Positions 1 through 10,998 are shown, counted from the whole stretch's first letter. The stretch is 63,077 nt of DNA, filler included, from an uncultured bacterium (GCA_964471275.1; 11 parts of 11 records of this genome joined end to end with filler, not necessarily neighbours in it), one strand, 5' to 3'. Program-made: numbers and translations. Notes: generated by a model not told the origin, from the sequence alone.

Positions 1-3000
1 CAGTGCACCTGGTTGTATCCTGCCCTGGCCGACATTTCCTCGAGGATCCGGATCAGCCTTCCCGCTACCGTGTAGATGCGGATCGTCACTTCTGAAGGTC
101 GCGAAAGGATGTAGGTGAAATCCGTATCGGTTGCCATTGGATTCGGGTAGTTCAGTACGCTTTCGAGCCTGAATACCGAGGTCACCTCGAAGCTGAGACG
201 CTTCGTGGCGGGCCCGTTGCCGATACGGTCGTCCGCCTGGATCTCGAGCGTGTGAGTGCCATCGTCGAACACCGCTGGCGCATACCTGAAGGAGATCAGC
301 GTTGGGGTTTCGGTTACTTGGGATACAAGGTTCGATCCCACACCCAAAACCGGGTTCTCGACATCCGGTGCGGTAAGCAGAATCCGCACGCTGGATCGTT
401 CGATACCGCTGGAATCAGTGATCGAGATCAGAAAGTCTGCATCTGCTGGCAGGTAGTCACCCGATCGGACCTCACCGGTCGCATCAAGTGCCTGAATCTC
501 GATCGACGGGATCCCAACATCAGAACTAGTCTGTATCTCGATAACGGACTCCGCCTGCAGGCTGGATGTGTGATACGCAGCATTGCCGAACAGATCTTCC
601 ACACGGGCGTGCACACGATGGACACCGGCGAACTGAGCCGTAATCCAGGCGAACTCGATCCGGCGGGGCACGCCGATCTCCGTATCCTCGGGAACGGCTT
701 GACGACCGATGATGCGGCCACCTTCCGGTTCGCCGACATAGAAGGCCACAGCCGCACCAAGCGCGAGGTCGATCGGTCCGCAGTTCGTTGCGTCCACAGA
801 GAGCAGGACAGGCTCGATCTCCATGACTTCGGTCGCACTCACCTCGAGGTTTGTGATTGAGATATCGGAAACAGGCTGATAGGCAACCGACCAGGAAGCC
901 AGAGACGCCGATTGCCCCAGATCCGATCCCGAAAGCCGGAGACGCATTCTGATTCGATCGATGGAATCATCGAGACTCGACAGGTCCAGTTCTCCGGCAG
1001 CCCGGTCCGACCACTCTGCAATCGGAAGAAAGACACCCCCAGCGGTCTCACCGAGGAGATCCAGACGCACGGAGTTGCCGGCTGCTTCACCGGCGAGTTC
1101 GACCGACAGGGATCCCCACGCACTCGCGGGACCGATGGGCGCCGAGACCAGGACGCCCTCCTCGGGAAGCCGTCTGCCCGTGTAACGATGGATCTGGTTT
1201 CCCGTCAGCTGCCCGAACCAGACCTTGTTGTTGATCCAGTCATACTGACCTGTCAGCATATCCGTTTCCCCTTGATCGCTCTGGTATTCCGCCACGAATG
1301 ACCCGTCGCCGGCGTCTACGACACGCACACGATGACTTGACCCTGTGCTGAACTCGACCAGGTAGAGATACTCGCCATCCGCGATTACGCCATCGGTTAT
1401 CGCATAGGTAAAACCGGTAGAGGTAGGTGCCACCTCGAACTCGCGCACGATCGACCAGTCGGATTGTGGATCGAAAACACGGACCGCCCACCCGGCTCGA
1501 GGGATACCGTTCACCCCGTTTGCCACGTTGTAAATCAAATTGCCATCGGACGTGATCAGGGAGTGCCCGTCGAATACGAGTCCCGACCGAACCTCAAGCA
1601 AACCTGCGGCGACGGGTACGATCGTGGTTTCCCCCGTGCTGGGTGTTATCCGGACGATCTCCTTCGACTTCCTGTTGTCGGCGTAGACATATCCGTCCCC
1701 GTGGTAGGTGGCCGATACGGTCGGTATATCGGGATCACTCGCGGGACCTAGATTCTCACCGGAAATCGTACCGTTCAGACCGGATCCGACCTTGATGAAT
1801 GTGTCAGAATCGGGGTATATCTGTGGAGACGAGAAGAAACCCTTTACATAGTGGAAGATACCGTCGGTGGCCAGGATACCAGTCGCGGGCACCCCGTCCG
1901 CCGTGATGGTTTCCTCACGATAGCCTGCCGTAAAACGGAGTGGCAACGGCTCGGTTGTGCGTCCGACCGATCCATCCGTGTACGCGGCAACGCCCTCCCC
2001 ATCGCTCAATCGCAGGGCCTCGAACGCCTCCTGCCGCCAAGAGACAGAGCGGGGCTGAGCCGGTGCACCGACCACAAAGCTCATAGGCTGTGCCCAGGCG
2101 CCAGCCTCTTCTTCGTCGGACATTCGTGCTCGCCAGAACCACGTGCCTTCGGTCAGGCTCGTCGATACATGAATGGCCAACCCCGAGGACGCAGCAACCT
2201 GCCCGGATCGCACAGCATCGGCACCAAAGGACAGCGTCCGGCTGAGCTCGAATTCGCCGAACGTCGGACCGAGGGAATCCAGTCCCGTACGCACACCCAG
2301 CCTCACGGCACCGGTCACCTCCTGGCTGGCCAAAGGGAACGCAAGCACAGCAGAGAGCCGGCCAAAAACTTCGACCTCCACGGCAGCCTGATTGTTATCA
2401 ACACGGTTCTCGCTTAACCGTCGATTCGGATCCAGTACGACCTTCACCTGTCGGCGACCGGTTCGCCCCGCCAGCGGCCACAGGATTGCCGTGCTGTCCG
2501 TCCCCCCAAACGGTGCGAGTGTGGCGGTTCCCACGGTATCGACCACGCCCGCATCGAGATCCCAATCGAGTACAACAAGGTTCAGCATCTCACCAGCAAT
2601 GATCCCTTCGTTGTGTATACGGACCATGACCCGTGCAGTATCCGAAGTTGAGAGGACCCCACCATCACCCGTGACATCCACGTCCGCAGCCGCAATGCTG
2701 TAGTCAGGACCTGAGGGGATCGCGAGGTGCTGGGCCGGATCACCCATCAAATTCATCATCAGAACGCCATTGTCGATTCCGGGCATAGCCGCAAGCAGAT
2801 CTGTTTTGGCCAAGGCAATCGATCCCCCGAAATCCGTCACCCCCTCGCGCATCATGTAGCGTAGCATCGAGTTGTTGATCTCGTTGTTCACAAAGATGAA
2901 GGCAAGACTGGACGCCGACACATACGCGATGGAACCACCGTTGCGCTTGTTGACCATCTCCTCTGCAAAGCAGATCAACGTGGGTTCGTCATACAGCCCG

Positions 3001-5588
3001 TTCAGACAGGACATCGCGATTACGAGCGGGAGCTTGTCCGCATTCGCGATCTGGGACATGTAATTGAAGCCGCGCTGCTGGAAGGTTCCTGCGATGAACT
3101 TCTGCATGAGGGCCGCACTGCCGTGCCCCATAAAATTCAGGAGCAGACGGCCTTCGTTCATCTGTTGAATGACCTCGCTCGAACTCTCGTTGGGCTCGGG
3201 TGGCGTCGTGGCCGTGTGATAGATACGAAACGATTCGATCCCAAGAGGGTCGGTATACGCTTCGATCATTCGGTCGCTGTCCTGGATGAACAGCACATCG
3301 CCCGCGACCGAATCCCAGTTTGCCAGGAACGACGCCTGGCTGCGCCACTTGTCATCGGGCGCCTCGTCATACGCGATGACCTTGGAAACGACCGTTTCGG
3401 CCTCGTGTGCGGAGTTGACCGAAAGACGCCCCACCTTGACATCCATGAACGGATCGTCTCCGGCTACCGTTCCATACAGATGATCAGTGAAAGCCTGACC
3501 TCTGCGCACAGACTGGAACGGAATCGCTGGCACGCGGGGTACGCGACCGTTCTTCTGCTGATCGAGAAGATCACGATAGTCGTAGGTCATTCGGCCGAGA
3601 AGGAGCAGGTATGCCGGACGATCTGTCCAGTTCTCGAACGCAAAGCGGACGAAATCCTGAATGGCTCGCTCGGTAAGATCGCCATACGAGAACTCGTCGT
3701 AGACATCCTGGACATCGACCACCAGTGAGGTCAGCCCGAGAGACCGTCGATGTTCTGCCAACCGTTCCGCCTGTGTCGCGAATAGCGGATCGGTCACAAT
3801 CAGGTAGCTGGCACCGGCCAGGTTCGTGCGGAGGGAAGAGGCGAGATCCGTCTGGCCAAGTGCGGGCGTCACATACGCCGTTGAGTCGGCCACCAGGATT
3901 CGCCCCGCTTGACTGGCGAAAGAGACCGTGAATGCATCGGCATCCTGAACGATCTCACCACCCATGATCAGACGATCGTTGTCGATGTCCAGAACCAGGT
4001 TCGGCCGGGCGGCGAATCCGTTGACGGTATAGTCTGAGGTCGCTTCAGAGGTGAAGAGCAACCGGCCGGATCGGGCTGCGGGTGCTTGCGGATAGGTAAC
4101 TGTGATCCAGTTCAGCCTCACGTGATCGACATAAGGAACCGGATCGAGCGGATACTCCGGCGATCCGGGCGTTCGCAGGCTGACGCTCAGTGTGTCGGTG
4201 AGCAGGTTCGCGCCCAGCGATCCCTCTCCGATGAAAGCGGACTGCCCGTCCCATCTATCCTCCGTCACAGGAATACCATCACCGATCTCCACGCGGGTTC
4301 GGTGATCGGGATCCAACTCATCGCGAAGCGAAATGCCGTGCATACCGACTCTGATTGTGGCATCCACATCGGGTGTCGCCACAAGCCCCGGCAGCGGGAT
4401 CGGAGTTGTCACGGGAAACTCCTGACCACCGGCACTCGACGGTGAAGCCGTCCGCCGATCGAACCAGTGATCTCGCTCGACGTCGGCGGCCTCGCCGAGC
4501 CTCTCGTAGACCGAATCCTTCTCTGTGTGCACCGTCTGCATCACCCAGGCAGCAGGTGTGGCGGCGGTCGGGGCACCATTCGTCACGGTGAACCGTTTCC
4601 CCTGCTCTTGGCCGTACCGCAGCCAGTAGCTGTGTTTCCGTCCAAACCGGCTCTCGGTATCTCGATCCGGCTCTCGCCTGTATTCCCCCCAGAACAGAAC
4701 GCGGTCGCCTGGATCCAGAGAACCGTCTCCCCCGTCCACCACCACCAGCGGAAGCTCGGATCCATCTACGAACACCTGAATCGTGGCGGTACTCGCGTCC
4801 GATACCGCGATCCCCGAGGCGTCGAACCAATCAGTGTCCAGCCGATAGAGACCATCTTCGGTCACGGGAATCAGATACCAGCTATCTGTCGGATCATACC
4901 AATAATCGCTCTGCTTGGGACTCGGTCGTGCAGCCCTCGACCGCCACGCGGATGCAGCCTCCGGATTCACCAGAGCAGCGGCGTAGGAAGGATCGAAAGT
5001 GTTGTCGGCAACAATCGATCTTCTGGCGACACGACGTGCGCCTTGTGCTCGGTCAAAGCGAATGCGAACACGGAGGCGTGAAGCAACACGAAGCATTCTT
5101 TGTGCAGGATTGTACTGGACCGGACTCAGAGAAACGCCAACCACACGTTGATCCCGGATGATACCTGATCTGGTGACCCAGGCAGATTCGAGGGGCAGCC
5201 ACCGATCCGCCGCGTAGACATCCGCGTCCCGAGCCGGAGGTGCACCGGGATCATCGGATATCGGCAGGAGATCGATGTCCGGTGTGTTCACATACGTTGC
5301 GTCGAGGATTTCGAGTCGTGGCTCTACGCCAAAGGGGATGCCGACAAGTGCAGAGATGACGGGAACAGCGGGACGACCCGAATTCCCGGGCAGGACCATT
5401 CCGCCAGGAAGAAACAGCTTCTGATAAACACGACCGTCCAGAGAGGAATCCGAAAGTCGGTAGTCAAGCCCGCTGATTTCCAGCGTGATCCCCTGGTCAT
5501 CCGATGAAATGACGCGTGGTTCCGAGGCCCTCGCAGGTGGGGCCACGAGAATTACCAGGAACAGCATCACCATATAGAGATACATCAT
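1..5588 (-). CDS. C25 family (gingipain/PorU-like) cysteine peptidase with propeptide, CARDB/Ig-like domains and C-terminal FlgD-Ig/T9SS type-A-like sorting domain; 3' end truncated by the window edge
   Basis: Read manually; absent from the ORF track because it has no stop inside the window. Starts MMYLYMVMLFLVILVAPPARA (signal peptide), then a C25 propeptide-like region (GRPAVPVISALVGIP, PVQYNP). Catalytic region has DVKVGRL, LNFMGHG, AMSCLNG and NLMGDP. The C-terminus VLNYPNPM...EVTIRIYTVAGRLIR...GYNQVHW is in the same frame as the start. Confidence 0.9.
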   Translation of the reverse strand, partial: MMYLYMVMLFLVILVAPPARASEPRVISSDDQGITLEISGLDYRLSDSSLDGRVYQKLFLPGGMVLPGNSGRPAVPVISALVGIPFGVEPRLEILDATYVNTPDIDLLPISDDPGAPPARDADVYAADRWLPLESAWVTRSGIIRDQRVVGVSLSPVQYNPAQRMLRVASRLRVRIRFDRAQGARRVARRSIVADNTFDPSYAAALVNPEAASAWRSRAARPSPKQSDYWYDPTDSWYLIPVTEDGLYRLDTDWFDASGIAVSDASTATIQVFVDGSELPLVVVDGGDGSLDPGDRVLFWGEYRREPDRDTESRFGRKHSYWLRYGQEQGKRFTVTNGAPTAATPAAWVMQTVHTEKDSVYERLGEAADVERDHWFDRRTASPSSAGGQEFPVTTPIPLPGLVATPDVDATIRVGMHGISLRDELDPDHRTRVEIGDGIPVTEDRWDGQSAFIGEGSLGANLLTDTLSVSLRTPGSPEYPLDPVPYVDHVRLNWITVTYPQAPAARSGRLLFTSEATSDYTVNGFAARPNLVLDIDNDRLIMGGEIVQDADAFTVSFASQAGRILVADSTAYVTPALGQTDLASSLRTNLAGASYLIVTDPLFATQAERLAEHRRSLGLTSLVVDVQDVYDEFSYGDLTERAIQDFVRFAFENWTDRPAYLLLLGRMTYDYRDLLDQQKNGRVPRVPAIPFQSVRRGQAFTDHLYGTVAGDDPFMDVKVGRLSVNSAHEAETVVSKVIAYDEAPDDKWRSQASFLANWDSVAGDVLFIQDSDRMIEAYTDPLGIESFRIYHTATTPPEPNESSSEVIQQMNEGRLLLNFMGHGSAALMQKFIAGTFQQRGFNYMSQIANADKLPLVIAMSCLNGLYDEPTLICFAEEMVNKRNGGSIAYVSASSLAFIFVNNEINNSMLRYMMREGVTDFGGSIALAKTDLLAAMPGIDNGVLMMNLMGDPAQHLAIPSGPDYSIAAADVDVTGDGGVLSTSDTARVMVRIHNEGIIAGEMLNLVVLDWDLDAGVVDTVGTATLAPFGGTDSTAILWPLAGRTGRRQVKVVLDPNRRLSENRVDNNQAAVEVEVFGRLSAVLAFPLASQEVTGAVRLGVRTGLDSLGPTFGEFELSRTLSFGADAVRSGQVAASSGLAIHVSTSLTEGTWFWRARMSDEEEAGAWAQPMSFVVGAPAQPRSVSWRQEAFEALRLSDGEGVAAYTDGSVGRTTEPLPLRFTAGYREETITADGVPATGILATDGIFHYVKGFFSSPQIYPDSDTFIKVGSGLNGTISGENLGPASDPDIPTVSATYHGDGYVYADNRKSKEIVRITPSTGETTIVPVAAGLLEVRSGLVFDGHSLITSDGNLIYNVANGVNGIPRAGWAVRVFDPQSDWSIVREFEVAPTSTGFTYAITDGVIADGEYLYLVEFSTGSSHRVRVVDAGDGSFVAEYQSDQGETDMLTGQYDWINNKVWFGQLTGNQIHRYTGRRLPEEGVLVSAPIGPASAWGSLSVELAGEAAGNSVRLDLLGETAGGVFLPIAEWSDRAAGELDLSSLDDSIDRIRMRLRLSGSDLGQSASLASWSVAYQPVSDISITNLEVSATEVMEIEPVLLSVDATNCGPIDLALGAAVAFYVGEPEGGRIIGRQAVPEDTEIGVPRRIEFAWITAQFAGVHRVHARVEDLFGNAAYHTSSLQAESVIEIQTSSDVGIPSIEIQALDATGEVRSGDYLPADADFLISITDSSGIERSSVRILLTAPDVENPVLGVGSNLVSQVTETPTLISFRYAPAVFDDGTHTLEIQADDRIGNGPATKRLSFEVTSVFRLESVLNYPNPMATDTDFTYILSRPSEVTIRIYTVAGRLIRILEEMSARAGYNQVH

Positions 5589-5858
5589 GAGGAAAGTTTG
5601 CCGTAGAGAGGGGTTTGCACGTTAGATGCGGCCGCGATCACAAGCTGCCAAAATCGAGAGCACCGATCAAGCGCCGGTTATTGATCCAAAGAGACAAAGC
5701 TTCCAGCGCATAACCTGAACGATTCACAGAACTAACCAAGGCCATTCCGAGGGAGCAAGCATACGTGGCGCTAGAGCGGCAAATCGCGACCTGTGACCGC
5801 AACGCTCTCCAGCAACGAGAATAGCGCGAGGTGAGGAATCCATGCGGGCCGAAGGCTG

Positions 5859-5958
5859 NNNNNNNNNNNNNNNNNNNNNNNNNNNNNNNNNNNNNNNNNN
5901 NNTTAATTAATTAANNNNNNNNNNNNNNNNNNNNNNNNNNNNNNNNNNNNNNNNNNNN
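5859..5958. other. Artificial contig spacer (N-run with TTAATTAATTAA all-frame stop linker). Same spacer at 11806-11905, 17726-17825, 23457-23556, 29180-29279, 34891-34990, 40599-40698, 46286-46385, 51900-51999 and 57490-57589
   Basis: Identical 100-bp N/TTAATTAATTAA/N blocks; segment lengths between them decrease monotonically (5858, 5847, 5820, 5631, 5623, 5611, 5608, 5587, 5514, 5490, 5488). Confidence 0.98.
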
Positions 5959-6336
5959 GAGTGTCCCTACTACCTGGAAGGAAAGAACCTGTTTGACGGG
6001 GGTCATCGGGACTGGGCGATCGCAGAAAGCAGCGATAGAGAATCCATCGATGGAAGCCAGCGGTATCAGAAGACAACAAGCTATACGTCCTACGTGGATC
6101 GGGAGTGGAACTACATCCATTCTACGAAAGCCGACCACTGTGCCCTTTACCACCTGACGCAGGACCCACACTGCCACCGGAACGTATTACACAGTTTCCC
6201 CGAAAAAGCAGCCGAGCTTCGCACGAAGCTCCTGGACCACATGCTCTCTGACAGAATCCCACATCAGGACAACTCACTCGCCAGCTGGGAGGAATATCAC
6301 GGTGGAGCTGGCATCGACGAGAGTAGCTGGGAGTAG
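5959..6336 (+). CDS. C-terminal fragment of a sulfatase-like hydrolase (5' truncated)
   Basis: Frame open from the contig start: ...PYYLEGKNLF...WNYIH...ALYHLTQDPHCHRNV..., which resembles the sulfatase C-terminal LYDLxxDPxExxN motif. Confidence 0.6.
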   Translation, partial: ECPYYLEGKNLFDGGHRDWAIAESSDRESIDGSQRYQKTTSYTSYVDREWNYIHSTKADHCALYHLTQDPHCHRNVLHSFPEKAAELRTKLLDHMLSDRIPHQDNSLASWEEYHGGAGIDESSWE

Positions 6337-6610
6337 TCAGCAGTCGGAAACAAGGCACTCTATAGCGAATACTTACACCTTGTTGCGAGCGTCCGTATTC
6401 CCGGCGAATGAGGCGACGCAGAGACGCAGGTGCTGCATCTGGAAGTAATTGACGAGATGGACGAATACCCACACTGTAGAAGAAGAATGCACGGGGGCCA
6501 GCCACTTCACACGGCAATGCTTCCATCTTAACTCCTCGCCTATAGAGACCACGGCAAATCATAGCGAACCCTCTTCATCGATCATCACAAATCCTGCACA
6601 GGTATCCTCA

Positions 6611-7483
6611 TTGACCAACACCGAAAAGGCCGGCGAACTCAGCCCTGACCGCATTGACATCGCATATGGTCCTCACGAGCGCAATGTCATGGACCTCTAC
6701 ACGGCCCCCGGTTCCTGCCCACATCCCCTGCTCCTCTACATCCACGGGGGCGGCTTCATGAATGGTGACAAGCTGCGCATCAACCGGGAGTTCTTCAACC
6801 TGTGCCTTCAGCGGGGTATCTCGGTCATCTCCATCAGCTACCGGCTTTCCCAACACGCCATCTATCCCGCACCCTTCCACGATTGTCGCCATGCGCTCCA
6901 GCATATTCGCCACCACGCGACGGAACTCGGCATCAACCCGACCCGAATCGCAGGGGCGGGCAGCTCTGCAGGCGCAGGTATGTCCAGCTGGTTGGAATTT
7001 CGTCCGGATATGGCGGACCCCGAGAATGCCGATCCCGTTCTCCGAGAGTCCACACGTTTGCGCTGCCTTGTCACCACCGAGGGTCAGACAAGCTACGACC
7101 CGCGGTTCATCTCACGCGTCGTCGGTGGGACTGCGCACACCCATCGCGCGCTTGCCCAGCTTTTCGGCCTACCTCAAGACGTCTGGCCCCAATTGGACAG
7201 CGATACTGCAGCGCTTGTCGAGGACGGTGCGGCCATCAACTTCCTGACCGAAGACGACCCACCCGTGTTTGGGATTTACAAGAGAGAGAACCGTCCTCCT
7301 ACCGATGATGACGACCCCAACTTCGGCATCCACCACCCCCGCTTCGGCTTCGACCTGAAGAAGAAGATGGACGCGCTGGGGATCGAATGCATCATCCACA
7401 ACGGCCCTGGAATGGAGGACGACTCTGCAGCCAGAACCGCCGCACGTAGGCTTGCAGCCGACTTCCTCGAGAAGGGGCTGTAG
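6611..7483 (+). CDS. Alpha/beta hydrolase, HSL/family IV-type esterase (BD-FAE-like)
   Basis: HGGGF oxyanion motif, GSSAG nucleophile elbow, YRLS; TTG start at 6611 chosen over the upstream 6449. Confidence 0.85.
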   Translation: MTNTEKAGELSPDRIDIAYGPHERNVMDLYTAPGSCPHPLLLYIHGGGFMNGDKLRINREFFNLCLQRGISVISISYRLSQHAIYPAPFHDCRHALQHIRHHATELGINPTRIAGAGSSAGAGMSSWLEFRPDMADPENADPVLRESTRLRCLVTTEGQTSYDPRFISRVVGGTAHTHRALAQLFGLPQDVWPQLDSDTAALVEDGAAINFLTEDDPPVFGIYKRENRPPTDDDDPNFGIHHPRFGFDLKKKMDALGIECIIHNGPGMEDDSAARTAARRLAADFLEKGL

Positions 7484-7542
7484 GGTGACTGACACCCGGA
7501 CACCTGGCGTAAGCTGAAGTCACACAGAACAGAGGTGAGACG

Positions 7543-8967
7543 TTGAGCGACACACCTGACATCGTCTGGATCTATTGCGACGAACTGCGTACGGATGCCC
7601 TGGGCTGCTACGGACACTCCCGACTGCGGCTGCACACGCCGAACCTCGACGGTTTGGCGGATCGCGGCGTTCGGTTCACGAACAACTTCTGCAACGCACC
7701 CGTCTGCGTCGCATCGCGATGTTCCACGCTGACCGGACTCTATCCGGAAGATACGGGGGTCTACAACAACGAGGGTGCGTGGCCGAATTTCCGTCTACCC
7801 CGCAGACTGAATACCTTCCCTGCAGAGTTTTCGAAGAACGGTTATGCGACTGCCAATTTCGGAAAGCTGCACGTCGCTCCCGAGATGCGCCCAGGACTAT
7901 CATCGGACAACGACATCTTCCAGTATCACGATGGGGCGGGCGGCGACATGCGTTTCTGGCAGCATCTCGGCGAAGAAACCGTACAGATGATACGTGCGCC
8001 CAACGGTGGAATGCAGGGCGGCGTTTTTCCCGATGACGTCCCCTATCCCCCCGATTCAGTTGCCGAGAATGCCCTGGACTGGATCCGGACAGCGGACAGC
8101 CCCTTTCTTGCTCGTATCTCGATCCTTCAGCCGCACACGCCAGTGCTGCCGCCGGCAAAGTACGTTCGACAACTGGACGACCTGGACCCCGGTCTCCCCG
8201 GACCACTGCCGGATACGCTGTCCGCCTTCGAGCGACGTGTAGCCGAGGTCTACGATGTCGCGAGCATGCCGGCTGAGGAACTTCGGGCCGCACGGCTCCA
8301 CTACTACGCTCAGGTTGCCTGGATCGACGCGCAGGTCGGCCGTGTCGTGGAATCTCTCGAGCGAGCCGGCAGACTGGAACGTACTGTAATCGTCTTCGGC
8401 TCTGATCACGGGAATCCGATCGGAGACACAGGCGCGTTCGAGAAGCTGACATATACGCCCACGGTCCATCGCGTGCCGCTCATGATCTCCTGGCCGAGCA
8501 CCATACCGTCAGGACAGATACGGGATGATATCTGTGACAGTCTGGACATTGGCAGAACCTTCTTCGCCCTGGCAGGTATCGACACGCCGGAACCCTTCAA
8601 GGGGCGTGATCTCTTCGCTGATCCGCCACCCGACGCAATCTACTCGACGATCGGATACGGGCAGTCAGTCAGCAAGATGGCACCGAACGGGGGTCGAGGT
8701 GAGTGGTATGGGGGCCGGGGGTGGCCAAGGCGCAGTTGCATTCGCACGAGTCAGTTCCGGCTCGACAAGAATGTGTTGATCGATGGTGCACAACCGGGAC
8801 CCGATGATCAGGACATCTTCCTCGCGGACGTTCAGGCAGATCCGGCAGAGCTCAAGAATCTGGCCCTGGAGCCACAGTATGCGGATGTTGTCCGTGAGCT
8901 GTCTGGACGCCTGGACAGGCACTGTGAGGATTCGGTGGAAGTGACCCCGGAGTACCTGCAGAGATAG
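7543..8967 (+). CDS. Formylglycine-dependent (S1) sulfatase
   Basis: PDIVWIYCDELR, TPNLD, CVASR (CxAxR) modification motif followed by LTG, GKLH, SDHG. Confidence 0.92.
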   Translation: MSDTPDIVWIYCDELRTDALGCYGHSRLRLHTPNLDGLADRGVRFTNNFCNAPVCVASRCSTLTGLYPEDTGVYNNEGAWPNFRLPRRLNTFPAEFSKNGYATANFGKLHVAPEMRPGLSSDNDIFQYHDGAGGDMRFWQHLGEETVQMIRAPNGGMQGGVFPDDVPYPPDSVAENALDWIRTADSPFLARISILQPHTPVLPPAKYVRQLDDLDPGLPGPLPDTLSAFERRVAEVYDVASMPAEELRAARLHYYAQVAWIDAQVGRVVESLERAGRLERTVIVFGSDHGNPIGDTGAFEKLTYTPTVHRVPLMISWPSTIPSGQIRDDICDSLDIGRTFFALAGIDTPEPFKGRDLFADPPPDAIYSTIGYGQSVSKMAPNGGRGEWYGGRGWPRRSCIRTSQFRLDKNVLIDGAQPGPDDQDIFLADVQADPAELKNLALEPQYADVVRELSGRLDRHCEDSVEVTPEYLQR

Positions 8968-9054
8968 CCAACAAGCCAATCTTGATCCAGCAGCAATCCG
9001 TAACATCCGTACCTCAAATGGCGTTGACTCAGGATTCACGGAGACAGGCTACCG

Positions 9055-9972
9055 ATGACACCTTTCCAGGAGAGAATACGAGGCAGCATCCCTGCGTTGC
9101 TGACCGCGTTGAACAAAGACCAGACCATCGATCGTGAGGCTATGGCAGGGATCGCCCGCCGCGTGATCGACAATGGATCCAGGGGAGTTGTGGTTCTCGG
9201 CACGACGGGTGAATTCGCGGGGATCGATGACGGCCAGCGTGAAGGAGCGATCCGGGCGGTCGTCGACGAGATAGATGGTCAGGCTCCGGTGATTGTGGGA
9301 TGTGGTCAGCCGAACGTCCGCCGCGCACACGAGCAGGCCAGGGCAGCAGCAGAACTGGGTGCCGATGGCATCCTGGTCAACCCGCCCTTCTACTACCCGA
9401 TGACCCAGGATGAGGTGGTCTCCTTCTTTGCCGACCTGGTCGACGTCTCCCCCGTCCCCGTCATGCTCTACAACATTCCGTCGATGACCGGGATTTCCGT
9501 GGAGCCAGCAACCATCCCGCGGCTGCGAGACGTCGGTGTGGAGGGCACGAAAGACAGCTCCGGAATCCCGGCCAACACGCTGGCCTACCTCGCGGCTCTT
9601 GGGCCCGATTCCGATTTTAGGGTCGTTGTCGGTGGCGAGACCTTCTTCCTCCACCTGCTCGACGCGGGTGTCTGTGCCACCACGGGTCTGGTTCCCTGTG
9701 TTGGGCCACAGCTTGCCGCGGACATCTACGAAGCCTGGGATGCAGACGACTACAAGACCGCCTTCGCAGCTCAGCACAGCGCGAACGCTTTCTCCTCCAC
9801 GCTCCGAGCCCTTCACGGGTTCGCACCAGCCACAGGTAAGGCCGTGTTGAGCAGATCCGGACTGATGCAAAAATGGGTCGCTCCCCCCAAAATGCCCTTG
9901 TCCGATGAAGAGGCGGACACCGCCTTCGAGACGGTAAGAACCTACCTTCCGGAGTTCGAGAACGACCAGTAG
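9055..9972 (+). CDS. Dihydrodipicolinate synthase/N-acetylneuraminate lyase family aldolase
   Basis: GTTGE, PPFYY, LYNIP and GTKDS (Schiff-base Lys). Confidence 0.9.
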   Translation: MTPFQERIRGSIPALLTALNKDQTIDREAMAGIARRVIDNGSRGVVVLGTTGEFAGIDDGQREGAIRAVVDEIDGQAPVIVGCGQPNVRRAHEQARAAAELGADGILVNPPFYYPMTQDEVVSFFADLVDVSPVPVMLYNIPSMTGISVEPATIPRLRDVGVEGTKDSSGIPANTLAYLAALGPDSDFRVVVGGETFFLHLLDAGVCATTGLVPCVGPQLAADIYEAWDADDYKTAFAAQHSANAFSSTLRALHGFAPATGKAVLSRSGLMQKWVAPPKMPLSDEEADTAFETVRTYLPEFENDQ

Positions 9973-10077
9973 GCTGCCAGGAGCGCCATCCTGTATTTTC
10001 TGCCTCACATTTCAGCGGCGTCAGTTCGAGCGCCAGTCGAGAACCGCCCATAGCCAGAATTCGTAAAGGAGATCGCT

Positions 10078-10932
10078 GTGAAGAAATCCTGGACCTGGTC
10101 TGTATACATAAGTCCGTTCATTGGGCAACCCCCTGAGACCATACTCGATACCTGTCGGCACGCGGGTCTGTCGTCGGTCGACGGCACATATCGGTTCTTC
10201 CAGGATCATTCCGATTCCGAGATGGAAGCGTTTGCAGAGCTCTTTCGGCAGGGAGGAATCAGCTTCCCGACGTTCCACCTTCCCTTCACTCCTGCAGATG
10301 ATGTCACTTCCCTCTACGAAACCGTACGTCGGGGGGCCGTCGAACGGATTCAGGTCTGGATGGAGAAGGCCACTCGGCTGGGGGCGTCAGTCGGGATACT
10401 TCATCCGACAACGGTGGGCTACAGTGTCGATATCGAAGGTCTCGATGCTTACCTGAAGCAGCTCGGCAGAAGCCTCGACACACTTCTTCCTGCCGCAGAG
10501 AAACTTGGCTTCACCCTTGCCATCGAAAACCTTCCCCCGGCTCAGGGGCGGTTCGGGTCCCGACCAGAGCACTTCAGGATGATCGTGGAGAACTTTTCCC
10601 ACCCCTGTCTCGGTTTCTGTCTGGACACGGGGCACGCCCTTGTTGCGGCCGCACCAGGGAAGGCTGGCGAATACCTCGAAGCGATGGATCAACACCTCGT
10701 GGCTTTCCATCTGACGGACAATGCAGGAGACCGAGATTCGCACCTGGCGCCCGGGCACGGGCTGGTTGATTGGGACCCCGTATTCCGCAAGGCCGCCGAG
10801 ATTCGATTTGCGCGGCCCATGACCATTGAGACGACTCCTTTCGCTTCCGGACCAGACTACGCACCCGATGCCTGGAAGCAGATGATCAACGATACAGACA
10901 CCCTTGCTGATGACGCACTGAAAGACTCATGA
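10078..10932 (+). CDS. Sugar phosphate isomerase/epimerase (AP endonuclease 2 TIM barrel)
   Basis: LAIENL, CLDTGH, FHLTDN..D.HL.PG.G.VDW and IE motifs. Confidence 0.88.
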   Translation: MKKSWTWSVYISPFIGQPPETILDTCRHAGLSSVDGTYRFFQDHSDSEMEAFAELFRQGGISFPTFHLPFTPADDVTSLYETVRRGAVERIQVWMEKATRLGASVGILHPTTVGYSVDIEGLDAYLKQLGRSLDTLLPAAEKLGFTLAIENLPPAQGRFGSRPEHFRMIVENFSHPCLGFCLDTGHALVAAAPGKAGEYLEAMDQHLVAFHLTDNAGDRDSHLAPGHGLVDWDPVFRKAAEIRFARPMTIETTPFASGPDYAPDAWKQMINDTDTLADDALKDS

Positions 10933-10998
10933 GCCGACAGTCAAACGGAGAGTCCATCAGCCGATACCCGATCCGGACGGTATGGGTCAAGCATCACA

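Noticed and set aside
252..5161. Many plus-strand and short ORFs in contig 1
   Set aside because: Shadow ORFs of the single long minus-strand C25 peptidase; no recognisable motifs.
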